Made by a program: the position numbers and the translations under genes | Shown here: one piece after another, positions 55,522 to 64,000 of the stretch | How positions within the stretch are numbered: the stretch's first letter is position 1 | Layout: each line of letters opens with the position of its first letter | Notes under the pieces: model-generated | Databases searched by the model: none | The model's input: only the letters and a program-made list of their open reading frames with translations | What the model was told of the DNA's origin: nothing | DNA from: an uncultured Bacteroidota bacterium | GTDB lineage: Bacteria; Bacteroidota; Rhodothermia; Rhodothermales; DASSAV01 | DNA: 64,000 bases | Direction: 5' to 3' | NCBI GenBank assembly: GCA_963790965.1 | Contig: CAWBQO010000006.1 | Location: 1,139,282 to 1,203,281 of the forward strand

Positions 55522-56325
55522 CTATGTCCGGCTTCGTCCGCGCGTGCCCGAGAGGTTCTGCACATCGTCTTCTTCCGCGTCCGGCAGCGGAATCGTCGCA
55601 GCGCCGGGCGCGGCTGTGGTCGACGCAGAGCGCCGGCCGCTTTGGTCCAGGGGCACCGCCGAAAGGTCTTTGAAGAGCCTTCCGAGTTTGCGGGTTCGTT
55701 GCCGCGCCAACCGGTCGAGCGTGAAACGCCCAACGAAAAGGGTAAGCATGGCGACCAGAAAAAGGGCGAAGGAGTGCAGCGCAAGCCGAGGCCCGATCAT
55801 CAGCAGAATGCTCACCGCCAGGAACACCGCCCCGGGCGCGTGTGCCGCAATAGCCCACTGCGTGTTGATCTGCTCGACCGTCAGGTGCGTCATGCCCTCT
55901 TCGGTGGACGCGCGAACGACCACGGTGAACTCCTTGCCGTTCCCGTCCCGCCATTCGAAGGAGCGCCCGAGCGTTTCCAAAGACCCGGGTGCCGGGGCGA
56001 AGAGCTTCCGAATCGCATGCACCATCGACGCAATGGCGTCTTCCGTAAGGCTGCCGGGAAGCGTCTGTTCGAACCGAACCACAGCGGGCGCGCCGAGAAG
56101 CCGCCCTTCGGTGGTGGAGACTTCAGGCCCTTCCACGTCCGCCGCCGCGGCCGTGAGAAACTGCGGGTCAATGCCGGATTCGGCGGCGATGCGCTCGATT
56201 TCCGCCATCGTAAGTCCGGCCGAGGCCTCGTAGAGGCGGTCCTGCGCCTGCTGCTGCCGTTCGGCCGCCCGCGAGAGCATCTTGCGGACTTGCTCCTCCG
56301 AATAGATGCGATCTTCTGTACTCAT
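55522..56325 (-). CDS. Hypothetical membrane protein
   Basis: 267 aa. Soluble N-terminal region, two predicted TM helices (AVFLAVSILLMIG, FALFLVAMLTLFVG) and a basic C-terminal tail. No family recognised. Confidence 0.5.
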   Translation of the reverse strand: MSTEDRIYSEEQVRKMLSRAAERQQQAQDRLYEASAGLTMAEIERIAAESGIDPQFLTAAAADVEGPEVSTTEGRLLGAPAVVRFEQTLPGSLTEDAIASMVHAIRKLFAPAPGSLETLGRSFEWRDGNGKEFTVVVRASTEEGMTHLTVEQINTQWAIAAHAPGAVFLAVSILLMIGPRLALHSFALFLVAMLTLFVGRFTLDRLARQRTRKLGRLFKDLSAVPLDQSGRRSASTTAAPGAATIPLPDAEEDDVQNLSGTRGRSRT

Positions 56326-56446
56326 GGTTTCCTGCGGAATGCGCCTGGTTCAGCGTCTAACACGTTGCGAAGTTGCCCTGCTTTATAGCATATTACGGTT
56401 GCGCACAGGCAGTTTGCAATTGCATCGGACAAAGAGAGGTTCATTT

Positions 56447-56794
56447 ATGGCGGCAGGCGTTGTGACGAAGGCTCCTCCTGTGGAAAAGCGCAAGAAAAAG
56501 CAGGTGGAGAAGCCTAAAACGGTACATGTGCCGCGCTACCATGTCGTGCTGCTCGACGACAATGACCACTCTTACGAGTACGTCATCGAGATGCTCGGCA
56601 AGGTCTTCGGCCACAGCACGGCCACCGCTTTCCGGATGGCGTGCGAAGTGGATTTGCGCGGCCGCGTTGTGGTGGACACAACGCACCTCGAACGGGCTGA
56701 ACTCAAGCGCGATCAGATCCACGGCTATGGGGCCGACCCGCGCATTCCGCAGTGCAAGGGATCCATGTCCGCCATCATCGAGCCGGCTGAATAG
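56447..56794 (+). CDS. clpS: ATP-dependent Clp protease adaptor ClpS
   Basis: ATG 56447. PRYHVVLLDDNDHSYEYVIEMLGKVFGHS...A...M..V...G is the ClpS core. Confidence 0.85.
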   Translation: MAAGVVTKAPPVEKRKKKQVEKPKTVHVPRYHVVLLDDNDHSYEYVIEMLGKVFGHSTATAFRMACEVDLRGRVVVDTTHLERAELKRDQIHGYGADPRIPQCKGSMSAIIEPAE

Positions 56795-56848
56795 GCACGG
56801 CCCTTCCGGGAAGGTGCGGAAGAGCCGGAGCCTGCCGTGATGCCGTTA

Positions 56849-58150
56849 TCAGAAGGAGAAGGTTGTCATCAGATAGAGCCAGTAGGAACGCGCGGCCGTT
56901 GGCTCTCCCTGCAAGGCGCCGGGGGCGAGCATATCGAACATCTCACCTATGAAGAAAGTCGAAGCGCCCGCTTCGATGGACAGGTTTGGGTTGTACCGGT
57001 ACTTTCCGACGAAGTCGACCTCCTGGCCGTATGTATCGTACTCTTTTAGGAGATCTCCTTGCATATTCCTCGTGCGAAGGGGTTCGGTGGCCATGAAGTG
57101 GTGCAGATCGACCGACAACCGAAGATCCTCGGCGGGCGTTAGGCCAAGGGAAAGCACCAAGTCTTGAAGTCCTGCCGCAGCGGAATAGGCCGGAAAGTAG
57201 TCCATGTAGCCGTAGAACCTGTGGCCGGTGCCGAAGACGGTGTTGAAGGAGCCAAGGCTCCTACCGGGTCCGTCGGGACCGGAAAGGCGCGTATACGTGC
57301 CCGCGATGCGCGGTGCCGCTGCGCCGGGCAGCGTCACGCCGAGCGTTCCGCTGAAGAGATTCGCCGCGATGCGCGTGTCGTAGGACTTACCGGCCTGTAG
57401 AATAGCTTCGGCGGAGTAATCCAGAAAACCGCGTTCGCCCGCCAGATAGATACCCGGGCTGAAGCGGCTCAGGGTCCATCTGTCGTCGTCCGAAGGGATT
57501 TGTGCAGGCGCGGTTATGTTGTCGGCGAGCAGGAAGAGTTGCGCTCGGTTCGTTTCGAGAAAACGGAAAGCGAGATCGACGCCCCAGAGATTCTGGGAGT
57601 AGGCCTGTCGACCCTGTTGCCCGAGTGTCGCAGCGGGTTCATCGACCAGGCGGGCGGCGTAGGCGCGGGCCGTAACCTGCTGGATCTCGGCCGAAACCAT
57701 CACGCCGTCGAACGACCGGCCTGTGTTGGACCAGTTCGATACGCCGAGGATGCGCTCGTTCGCGATCCGCATCTCCTGCCGGCCGAGCTTCACATCAAGC
57801 GGGGTGCCGAAAGCATCGTTTAAGAAGATGTAGGCTTGATGCAGATCGATCTGGTCGGCGGACGCATCCGTTGTGCCGCGCCCTTTCGCAGGATTGCCTT
57901 CACCGAAAAGACGGGCGTTTTGCAGTTGCACAAACGCGCCGATGCCAGGCGAGGGCTCCACCGTCACTCCGATCCGGGCGCGCAGAAGGTGGTAGTCGTC
58001 GAGGTGCCGCCTTTCAATAAGTGTGCGCTGGTCCAGTTCGGAACGCTGCCGCAGTTCACCTGATAGGAACCAGACAGGATTGTCCTGCGCGGCTGCGTCG
58101 GAGGCGAGCAGGAGCGTCGTAAAGAGCAGAAGAAAGAGCTTGTTCATCAT
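56849..58150 (-). CDS. Alginate-export-family outer-membrane porin
   Basis: Start MMNKLF... gives a signal peptide ...ASDAAAQ. Beta-barrel-like alternation and terminal ...TTFSF. Confidence 0.55.
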   Translation of the reverse strand: MMNKLFLLLFTTLLLASDAAAQDNPVWFLSGELRQRSELDQRTLIERRHLDDYHLLRARIGVTVEPSPGIGAFVQLQNARLFGEGNPAKGRGTTDASADQIDLHQAYIFLNDAFGTPLDVKLGRQEMRIANERILGVSNWSNTGRSFDGVMVSAEIQQVTARAYAARLVDEPAATLGQQGRQAYSQNLWGVDLAFRFLETNRAQLFLLADNITAPAQIPSDDDRWTLSRFSPGIYLAGERGFLDYSAEAILQAGKSYDTRIAANLFSGTLGVTLPGAAAPRIAGTYTRLSGPDGPGRSLGSFNTVFGTGHRFYGYMDYFPAYSAAAGLQDLVLSLGLTPAEDLRLSVDLHHFMATEPLRTRNMQGDLLKEYDTYGQEVDFVGKYRYNPNLSIEAGASTFFIGEMFDMLAPGALQGEPTAARSYWLYLMTTFSF

Positions 58151-58183
58151 GGGTGTGCGTGAGGGGTAAGACAAGGAAACCGC

Positions 58184-58624
58184 TCATTTCCCTTGGGCAA
58201 CGAGCCGAAGGTCGAACGTGTCTGTGCGCCGGGCGACTTCCGCGAGGGAGGTCGTGGCGAAGAGGCGTTGCAGGCGCGTTCGCTCCTCTACCCAGCCCGC
58301 GTGCATCGGGCACGGCTTCTGAATGCCGCACCCGGGAAGCCCGAGCACGCATTCGGTGAAAAGCGCTGCGCCATCGATAGCGAGCACGAGGTCGTTCAGG
58401 GAGACGCTGCCTGCCGGCTTGGCGAGCGCGATCCCGCCGGCTGGACCTCTGGAAGAACGCATGATGCCCGCGGCCGTCAACTTCTGAAAGATCTTGGTTA
58501 AAAAAGGGAAAGAGATATCCAGCCGGTCGCTGATGTCCCGAATACTCACGTATCGCTCTTCCTGCAGGGAGGCGAGGTAAATCGAAGCTCTGATTCCATA
58601 TTCGCACGTTCGAGAGAGAAGCAT
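58184..58624 (-). CDS. Rrf2-family transcriptional regulator (NsrR/IscR-like, Fe-S cysteine triad)
   Basis: MLLSRTCEYGIRASIYLA (Rrf2 wHTH). Cys cluster C-x6-C-x5-C (ECVLGLPGCGIQKPCPMH). Confidence 0.8.
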   Translation of the reverse strand: MLLSRTCEYGIRASIYLASLQEERYVSIRDISDRLDISFPFLTKIFQKLTAAGIMRSSRGPAGGIALAKPAGSVSLNDLVLAIDGAALFTECVLGLPGCGIQKPCPMHAGWVEERTRLQRLFATTSLAEVARRTDTFDLRLVAQGK

Positions 58625-58636
58625 AGCAGGATCCGC

Positions 58637-59899
58637 TTAAGCTGATGCGCCCGGCAACGGCCGCCGCCGTGTTCGTGTTCTTTGATCATGAAAGAGAAAG
58701 CCTGCCGCAATCACCGGCAGAAGCGCCGCGACAGCGGCGGCAAACGTCACCCAGCGGCCGGCGAGAGTCCGAGGCCAGAGCGCCGTCAGCGGCAGGAGAC
58801 TCAGCAGCAGCACAACCACCGACGCGGTAAAGGCCGCCACGCCTCGCGACGAAAAGCCCGCCGTCCCGGCAATCAGTCCGAGCGTAACGAAGCCCAGCAG
58901 CATGAGGTGAATATAGAGAATCCGCAGCCCTCCCGTGTCGGCGGGCCATATTTTCGGGACGAGTCCGGACGCCAGTTGAATGGCCGCCATAACCGTAAAC
59001 ATCGTCAGCGGAACGCGCCACGCACTGCGATCTGCGAGCGGAAGACGGCTCCAAATCGTGCGTGCGAGTACCAGAAACGCCGCGCCCGCCACGACCATGG
59101 CCGCCGATGAAAGGTGGCGCAGCGGGACTGGAACCATCGCGGAGGGCATACCGAAAGCGAACGTGAACGGAAGCGTCGCTCCGAGTAGCCACACCGCTTC
59201 CCTCCCCCGGTTCGCCTGACCTTCTCTGTGCATCCGCGCGGCGGCAACGGAAAGGACGCCGGGAACGAGCCAGCCGGCTGAGAAGAGGTCGAGGAAGAAG
59301 TGCGTCAGCCCGATCTGCCATGCCGGGTTCGTGACCTTTAGCGGGACGAGCAGGCCCAGCGCCCACGCCCCCACCGTGGATACGCAAAGAAACACCACGG
59401 CCAGGCCCGCCAGGTGCGCTGATAGCGAGCGGTCCTGCCCCCTCGCGCGCCGCAGGTACCGCGCCGCGAAAGCGTACCAGAGGATCATGTTCGCCGTCGA
59501 GGCGATCACGGAAAGGGGAATCCGCCGGCCCAGTAGCGCAGCGGGCGAGTAGCCGTAGGCGAGAAAAAGGGGATAAGTCGCCGCGGCGGCCACGAACAGA
59601 GCGGCGAAAAGCCGATCGGTGCGGCCCTTCGCGTCGGCATCCGGAAGCCTTTGCAGCAGCAGCGCCATCAAGAGCGGGGTGACCCACCCGAAGAGCATCA
59701 GGTGAGAATGCGCGTGCCGCACGTTCACGAGCCGCCCAGCGGAAAGCAACCCGAGGGCGACGGAGATCCGGAAGAAAGCGCCCGTCGCTGCCGCCACGAG
59801 GAAGAAGCCAAGCGAAATGCGAGCGATCGTCTCGACCGGACCACCGCGCTCCCCGAGGGACTTGGCGGCCGTGACGTTGTGTGTGGAAAGCGGGTCCAA
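58637..59899 (-). CDS. NnrS-like polytopic membrane protein
   Basis: 420 aa, about 12 TM, TTG start. Conserved His-containing helices (RHAHSHLMLFGW, LTHFFLDLF, LYIHLMLLGF). Context is next to the Rrf2 regulator and divergent from nirK. Confidence 0.5.
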   Translation of the reverse strand: MDPLSTHNVTAAKSLGERGGPVETIARISLGFFLVAAATGAFFRISVALGLLSAGRLVNVRHAHSHLMLFGWVTPLLMALLLQRLPDADAKGRTDRLFAALFVAAAATYPLFLAYGYSPAALLGRRIPLSVIASTANMILWYAFAARYLRRARGQDRSLSAHLAGLAVVFLCVSTVGAWALGLLVPLKVTNPAWQIGLTHFFLDLFSAGWLVPGVLSVAAARMHREGQANRGREAVWLLGATLPFTFAFGMPSAMVPVPLRHLSSAAMVVAGAAFLVLARTIWSRLPLADRSAWRVPLTMFTVMAAIQLASGLVPKIWPADTGGLRILYIHLMLLGFVTLGLIAGTAGFSSRGVAAFTASVVVLLLSLLPLTALWPRTLAGRWVTFAAAVAALLPVIAAGFLFHDQRTRTRRRPLPGASA

Positions 59900-59934
59900 T
59901 CAGGTTGTGCGTTCGGGAGGTCCGAAGCCGACTC

Positions 59935-59952
59935 GTTGCAACATTTTGCAAC
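59935..59952. promoter_or_regulatory. Inverted repeat GTTGCAA-catt-TTGCAAC in the nirK / nnrS-like divergent region
   Basis: Perfect 7-bp arms, 36-53 nt upstream of the nnrS-like TTG start. The binding factor is unknown. Confidence 0.3.
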
Positions 59953-60117
59953 CAGCGCCACCGGCGGTTCTTTACTATTCCGAGAAGAAACGGCCGAAGC
60001 CCGAGGAACAGATCCGCGGGACGGCCCTATTAAGGAGTAAATACTCTTTTATAACCAACCTGATCCTCGGCGCTCCCTTCAAAACCAGCGGCACCGGCAC
60101 CCTGAACGTCACGACCC

Positions 60118-61320
60118 ATGATTAAACCCCTGCCTCTATACAATTCTTTGATCCTTTCCGCAGCGATGATCCTTCTTGTAGGTGGATCGGTGCTCGGCTG
60201 CGCTGATGCCGGCGACGCGGAGCAAGTGCCCGCTGCCGCGGAAGCGGGCGAGACGGACGACTTGCCGGCCGTGCAGCCGCGCATTCGCGGAACGCTGCCG
60301 CCCGTCGAAATGTCGGATGCAACCATCTCTCCCGCCTCTCTGCCGCCCATCAGCGGCGAAGAAAGGGCGCAGCTTACCTACGCACCCGAGGTTCCGCCGC
60401 TGATCACCCGGCGTAACGCGACCCGCGTGATCGTACACCTGGAAACGGAAGAGGTCGTGAAGGAGCTTGCCGACGGCGTGTTCTACCGCTTCTGGACGTT
60501 CGGCGGCGAAACGCCCGGACCCATGATCCGCGTGCGGGAGGGCGATCTGATCGAGTTTCACCTGAGCAACAACCCTTCGAATTCGGTTGCGCACAATATC
60601 GATCTCCACGCCGTGACCGGAACCGGAGGCGGCGCGGCCGCGACCATCGTGGCACCCGGCCAGACGGCGGTATTCGAGGCGCGCGCCATCAAGCCCGGCC
60701 TATATATCTATCACTGCGCCATGGCCCCGGTTGCCATTCACATTGCGAATGGTATGTACGGCCTGATCCTCGTCCAGCCCAAAGACGGAATGCCTCCCGT
60801 CGACCGAGAGTTCTACGTCCTCCAGAGCGAGTTCTACACGGAAGGCAAGTTCATGGAGAAGGGCTTGCAGGACTTCAGCATGGAAAAGGCGCTGGCCGAG
60901 ACCCCGGACTATGTCGTGTTTAACGGCGGTGTGGGCACGCTAACGGATGACAATTCGCTCACGGCAGCCGTCGGCGAAAAAGTCCGCTTCTACCTCGGCA
61001 ACGCCGGTCCCAATCTGATTTCGAGCTTCCACCTCATCGGCGAGATGTTTGACGACGTGTACATGGAGGGTGGCACCGTCGCTACCCAGCACAACGTGCA
61101 AACGACGCTCATCCCCGCTGGTGGCTCCTCTATCGTTGACTTCACGCTGGACGTGCCGGGCCACTACACGCTTGTGGACCATTCCATCTTCCGCGCCTTC
61201 AACAAAGGCGCGCTCGGATCGCTCGTCGCCATCGGCCCGGACAATCCTGCCATCTTTACGGGGCAGCTTGGCCTGGAGGATTACGTGCCCGCGGCCGTGG
61301 ACACCAACGTGGTGCGGTAG
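60118..61320 (+). CDS. nirK: Copper-containing nitrite reductase
   Basis: HNIDLHAVTGTGGGA (T1/T2 Cu His) and YIYHCAMAPVAIHIANGMYG (Cys-His-Met T1 Cu). N-terminal lipoprotein-like signal peptide. Confidence 0.9.
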   Translation: MIKPLPLYNSLILSAAMILLVGGSVLGCADAGDAEQVPAAAEAGETDDLPAVQPRIRGTLPPVEMSDATISPASLPPISGEERAQLTYAPEVPPLITRRNATRVIVHLETEEVVKELADGVFYRFWTFGGETPGPMIRVREGDLIEFHLSNNPSNSVAHNIDLHAVTGTGGGAAATIVAPGQTAVFEARAIKPGLYIYHCAMAPVAIHIANGMYGLILVQPKDGMPPVDREFYVLQSEFYTEGKFMEKGLQDFSMEKALAETPDYVVFNGGVGTLTDDNSLTAAVGEKVRFYLGNAGPNLISSFHLIGEMFDDVYMEGGTVATQHNVQTTLIPAGGSSIVDFTLDVPGHYTLVDHSIFRAFNKGALGSLVAIGPDNPAIFTGQLGLEDYVPAAVDTNVVR

Positions 61321-61630
61321 GAGACGGTTGAAATTATCGGGAGCGTCGTATGTCGCTGGAATCATGGACCAAAGTACCAACGCAACTTCCCCCTGGAGCG
61401 GGACGCAAGGAGGTGTTATGTAGCATTCCAGTTGTGTACACCGCCCCGGAAATCTGCGCTCTATTCCACACAGGGATAGTAAACAGCCCCCAAGTACTCC
61501 GCTGAACGCGCGTTCAAAAGCTTCCGAGTAGCAAAATGTGGGGGCGCGTGCCCTCTTGTTTTCATTCATATGCCACCGCTTTACCTCCACGAGAAGTAAA
61601 GCTAATTCAGAACAGGTCACTCAATATAAA

Positions 61631-61975
61631 ATGTCGACTTCAGATCCAGTTTCCACCGTTTGGCGGCTCAATGACTTGCTCCACTACCAGGAAGGAGCCG
61701 TCGTGAGCCGGCAGTTGCTCAAGAAAAAGACGGGCAACGTGACGCTCTTCGCCTTTGGCGCAGGAGAGGGTCTCAGCGAGCATCGCACTCCATTCGATGC
61801 CTTACTGAACGTGATCGACGGTGAAGCCGAAGTGCGCATCGGCGAAGAAACGTTTACCATTGCCACTGGCGAGGCCATCGTGCTGCCCGCGAACATTCCT
61901 CACGCCGTGCACGCCACGTCCGACTTTCGGATGATCCTCACCATGATCAAGGAGGCCGAGGCCGCGAAAGGCTAA
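61631..61975 (+). CDS. Cupin domain protein
   Basis: ATG 61631. G.G.SEH...P....DGEAEVRIGEE...G....LPANIPHAV is a two-motif cupin signature. Confidence 0.75.
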   Translation: MSTSDPVSTVWRLNDLLHYQEGAVVSRQLLKKKTGNVTLFAFGAGEGLSEHRTPFDALLNVIDGEAEVRIGEETFTIATGEAIVLPANIPHAVHATSDFRMILTMIKEAEAAKG

Positions 61976-62030
61976 GTGGCATTGGCATATGGGCCGTGGA
62001 CCTGGTATAGCGACAGTTCACTCTTCAGAA

Positions 62031-63213
62031 GGGGAAACACAGATCCTTCGCTGCGCTCGGGATGACATTCCGGGAGGATGACGTTCCGGGGAGAATGGAG
62101 GGGGCGGGAAGGGCCGGCTTGTGGCGCGGCGCTTCACCGCTACTATTCTCTGCGTCTCAGCGTCTCTTGCTGTTCAGGCGTTGGGTGATGGAGTTTGGGG
62201 TGAGCGGCTTTGGAGTGGGGGGTGTTCTGTGCTATTAAGAGGAGGTCCCTCCGCGCGGCGGCGGATGATGTGGTCTCACGATGAGGGTCGGTGGCGCCGC
62301 CTTGGTCGGGATGACAACCGGGGAGGCTGGAGAAGGCGCGGACATCTGGAGCACCGGGAAGGCGGAACGGCCCTGCCGAGTCGTGCGGGCGCACCGGAGC
62401 GTCTGAGGCTCGGGGAAAGACAGATCCTTCGCTGCGCTCGGGATGACATTCCGGGAGGATGACGTTCCGGGGAGAATGGAGGGGGCGGGAAGGGCCGGCT
62501 TGTGGCGCGGCGCTTCACCGCTACTATTCTCTGCGTCTCAGCGTCTCTTGCTGTTCAGGCGTTGGGTGATGGAGTTTGGGGTGAGCGGCTTTGGAGTGGG
62601 GGGTGTTCTGTGCTATTAAGAGGAGGTCCCTCCGCGCGGCGGCGGATGATGTGGTCTCACGATGAGGGTCGGTGGCGCCGCCTTGGTCGGGATGACACTC
62701 GGGGAGGCTGGAGAAGGCGCGGATATCTGGAGCACCGGGAAGGCGGAACGGCCCTGCCGAGTCGTGCGGGCGCACCGGAGCGTCTGAGGCTCGGGGAAAG
62801 ACAGATCCTTCGCTGCGCTCGGGATGACATTCCGGGAGGATGACGTTCCGGGGAGAATGGAGGGGGCGGGAAGGGCCGGCTTGTGGCGCGGCGCTCCGCC
62901 GCTTTTAGTCTCTGCGTTTCAGCGTCTCTTGCTGTTCAGGCGTTGGGTGATGGAGTTTGGGGTGAGCGGCTTTGGAGTGGGGGGTGTTCTGTGCTATTAA
63001 GAGGAGGTCCCTCCGCGCGGCGGCGGATGATGTGGTCTCACGATGAGGGTCGGTGGCGCCGCCTTGGTCGGGATGACACCCGGGGAGGCTGGAGAAGGTG
63101 CGGACATCTGGAGCACCGGGAAGGCGGAACGGCCCTGCCGAGTCGTGCGGGCGCTCCGAAGCGTCTCAGGCTGGGGGAAAGACAGGTCCTTCGCTGCGCT
63201 CGGGATGACATTT
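62031..63213. repeat. Tandem array, 3.1 copies of a 381-bp unit of the hairpin-repeat family
   Basis: Unit starts at 62031, 62412, 62793 and 63174 (partial). Units 1 and 2 differ at only a few positions; unit 3 is more diverged. Each unit begins with GATCCTTCGCTGCGCTCGGGATGAC and ends with a degenerate partner arm. Confidence 0.9.
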
Positions 63214-63329
63214 CTTTATTGGGGCACGCATTAAGCTATTGCACCTTTGACCCGATATTAGGATTTTAGGCCTCGGACCGCACGTTTCACACTGCGGTCC
63301 ACCTTTTCTACGCGCCCCGGTATCCCCGC

Positions 63330-64000
63330 ATGAGCACTCGACGAGGAGAAGACATCATCCGCTGCTCTTTTTGCGGGCGGACGGCGCACGAGGTTTCCTC
63401 CATGGTGGCCGGGCCGGATGTGTACATCTGCGACCGGTGCATCCACGACGCGGCCGGAATCGTCCGCAACGACCTGGCGGCCTATCCGCAGCCAACCGGC
63501 GTCACGCCCCGCCGTCCGGCACCCGCGCGTCGGCACCAACTGACGCCCTGGGACCTCAAACACGCGCTCGATGAGTACGTCATCGGGCAGGACGCTGCCA
63601 AGAAGGCGCTCGCCGTCGCCGTTCACAACCACTACAAGCGCATCGACAGCAGCGAGTACCTGCTCGGCTTTGAAGATGTCGAGCTGGAGAAGTCGAACAT
63701 CCTGCTCATCGGCCCCACGGGCACCGGAAAGACGCTCCTTGCCCGAACCATGGCCCGCGTGCTCGATGTGCCCTTTTCCATCTCGGACGCCACGGCGCTG
63801 ACGGAGGCCGGGTACGTCGGCGAAGACGTCGAAAGCATTCTCGCGCACCTGCTGCAAGCAGCCGATTTCAACGTCGAACGCGCAGAGCGCGGCATCGTCT
63901 ACATCGACGAGATCGACAAAATCGCGCGCAAGGCCGACAACGCTTCTATAACGCGGGATGTCTCCGGCGAAGGCGTTCAGCAAGCGCTGCTCAAGATTCT
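63330..64000 (+). CDS. clpX: ATP-dependent Clp protease ATP-binding subunit ClpX (5' part, runs off the window)
   Basis: Zinc finger CSFCGR...CDRC. Walker [24 protein letters not shown]. No stop before the window end. Confidence 0.9.
   Translation, partial: MSTRRGEDIIRCSFCGRTAHEVSSMVAGPDVYICDRCIHDAAGIVRNDLAAYPQPTGVTPRRPAPARRHQLTPWDLKHALDEYVIGQDAAKKALAVAVHNHYKRIDSSEYLLGFEDVELEKSNILLIGPTGTGKTLLARTMARVLDVPFSISDATALTEAGYVGEDVESILAHLLQAADFNVERAERGIVYIDEIDKIARKADNASITRDVSGEGVQQALLKI

Noticed and set aside
61321-61630. 310-nt nirK-cupin spacer as a possible small gene or RNA
   Set aside because: The only in-frame upstream extension of the cupin ORF (from 61538) has no coding character. I could see no conserved structure or repeat, so there is nothing supportable from sequence alone.
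62031-63213. CRISPR array
   Set aside because: The period is 381 bp with near-identical whole units. There is no short-repeat/unique-spacer structure and no cas genes in the window.
62031-63213. DGR template/variable repeats or a retron-type array
   Set aside because: There is no reverse transcriptase gene in the window. The differences between repeat units are not adenine-specific.
62121-63269. Three recurring 113-128-aa ORFs (MARRFTATILCVSASL...) inside the tandem array as a paralogous gene family
   Set aside because: They have non-ATG starts and Arg/Gly/Trp-rich low-complexity composition. The opposite strand is equally open. Differences between units are non-synonymous. The sequence is homologous to non-coding repeat copies elsewhere in the window.

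Overview
GC-rich chromosomal window, apparently from a Rhodothermales-like member of the Bacteroidota/Rhodothermota; this is inferred from three T9SS-type C-terminal sorting domains, a PorV-like gene and a GWxTD protein. It is mostly ordinary, densely packed genes. (1) Cell-envelope and isoprenoid housekeeping: PBP1A, SbcD-like nuclease, ispE, dut, PBP2, ispG, ftsY, fmt, clpS and partial clpX. (2) A Wzx/Wzy-type exopolysaccharide/O-antigen cluster (5.8-17.4 kb) containing a decayed glycosyltransferase pseudogene. (3) A roughly 23-kb starch/maltodextrin utilisation region: LacI regulator, TonB-dependent receptor, an unknown 1207-aa secreted protein, a PorV-like protein, a T9SS-sorted protein with four CBM-like modules, two GH13 enzymes and malEFG-like ABC genes. 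(4) A small NO/nitrite island: nirK, cupin, NnrS-like protein, Rrf2/NsrR-like regulator and a porin. The most interesting content is non-coding. A family of hairpin-forming repeats (arms GTCATSCTGAGCGAAGCGAAGSATC and its reverse complement) occurs at three loci. One copy splits malF from malG, one follows fmt, and one is a 3.1-copy tandem array of 381-bp units upstream of clpX. A complete IS110-family element (53184-54475) has inserted into one repeat arm. Its 274-nt leader contains segments matching both the flanking target and its own termini, which is the signature of an IS110 bridge RNA. Joining its ends would create a TTGACT-N17-TATGTT promoter. No rRNA, tRNA or CRISPR array was recognised. 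Many long antisense ORFs in the track are GC-driven shadows of real genes.
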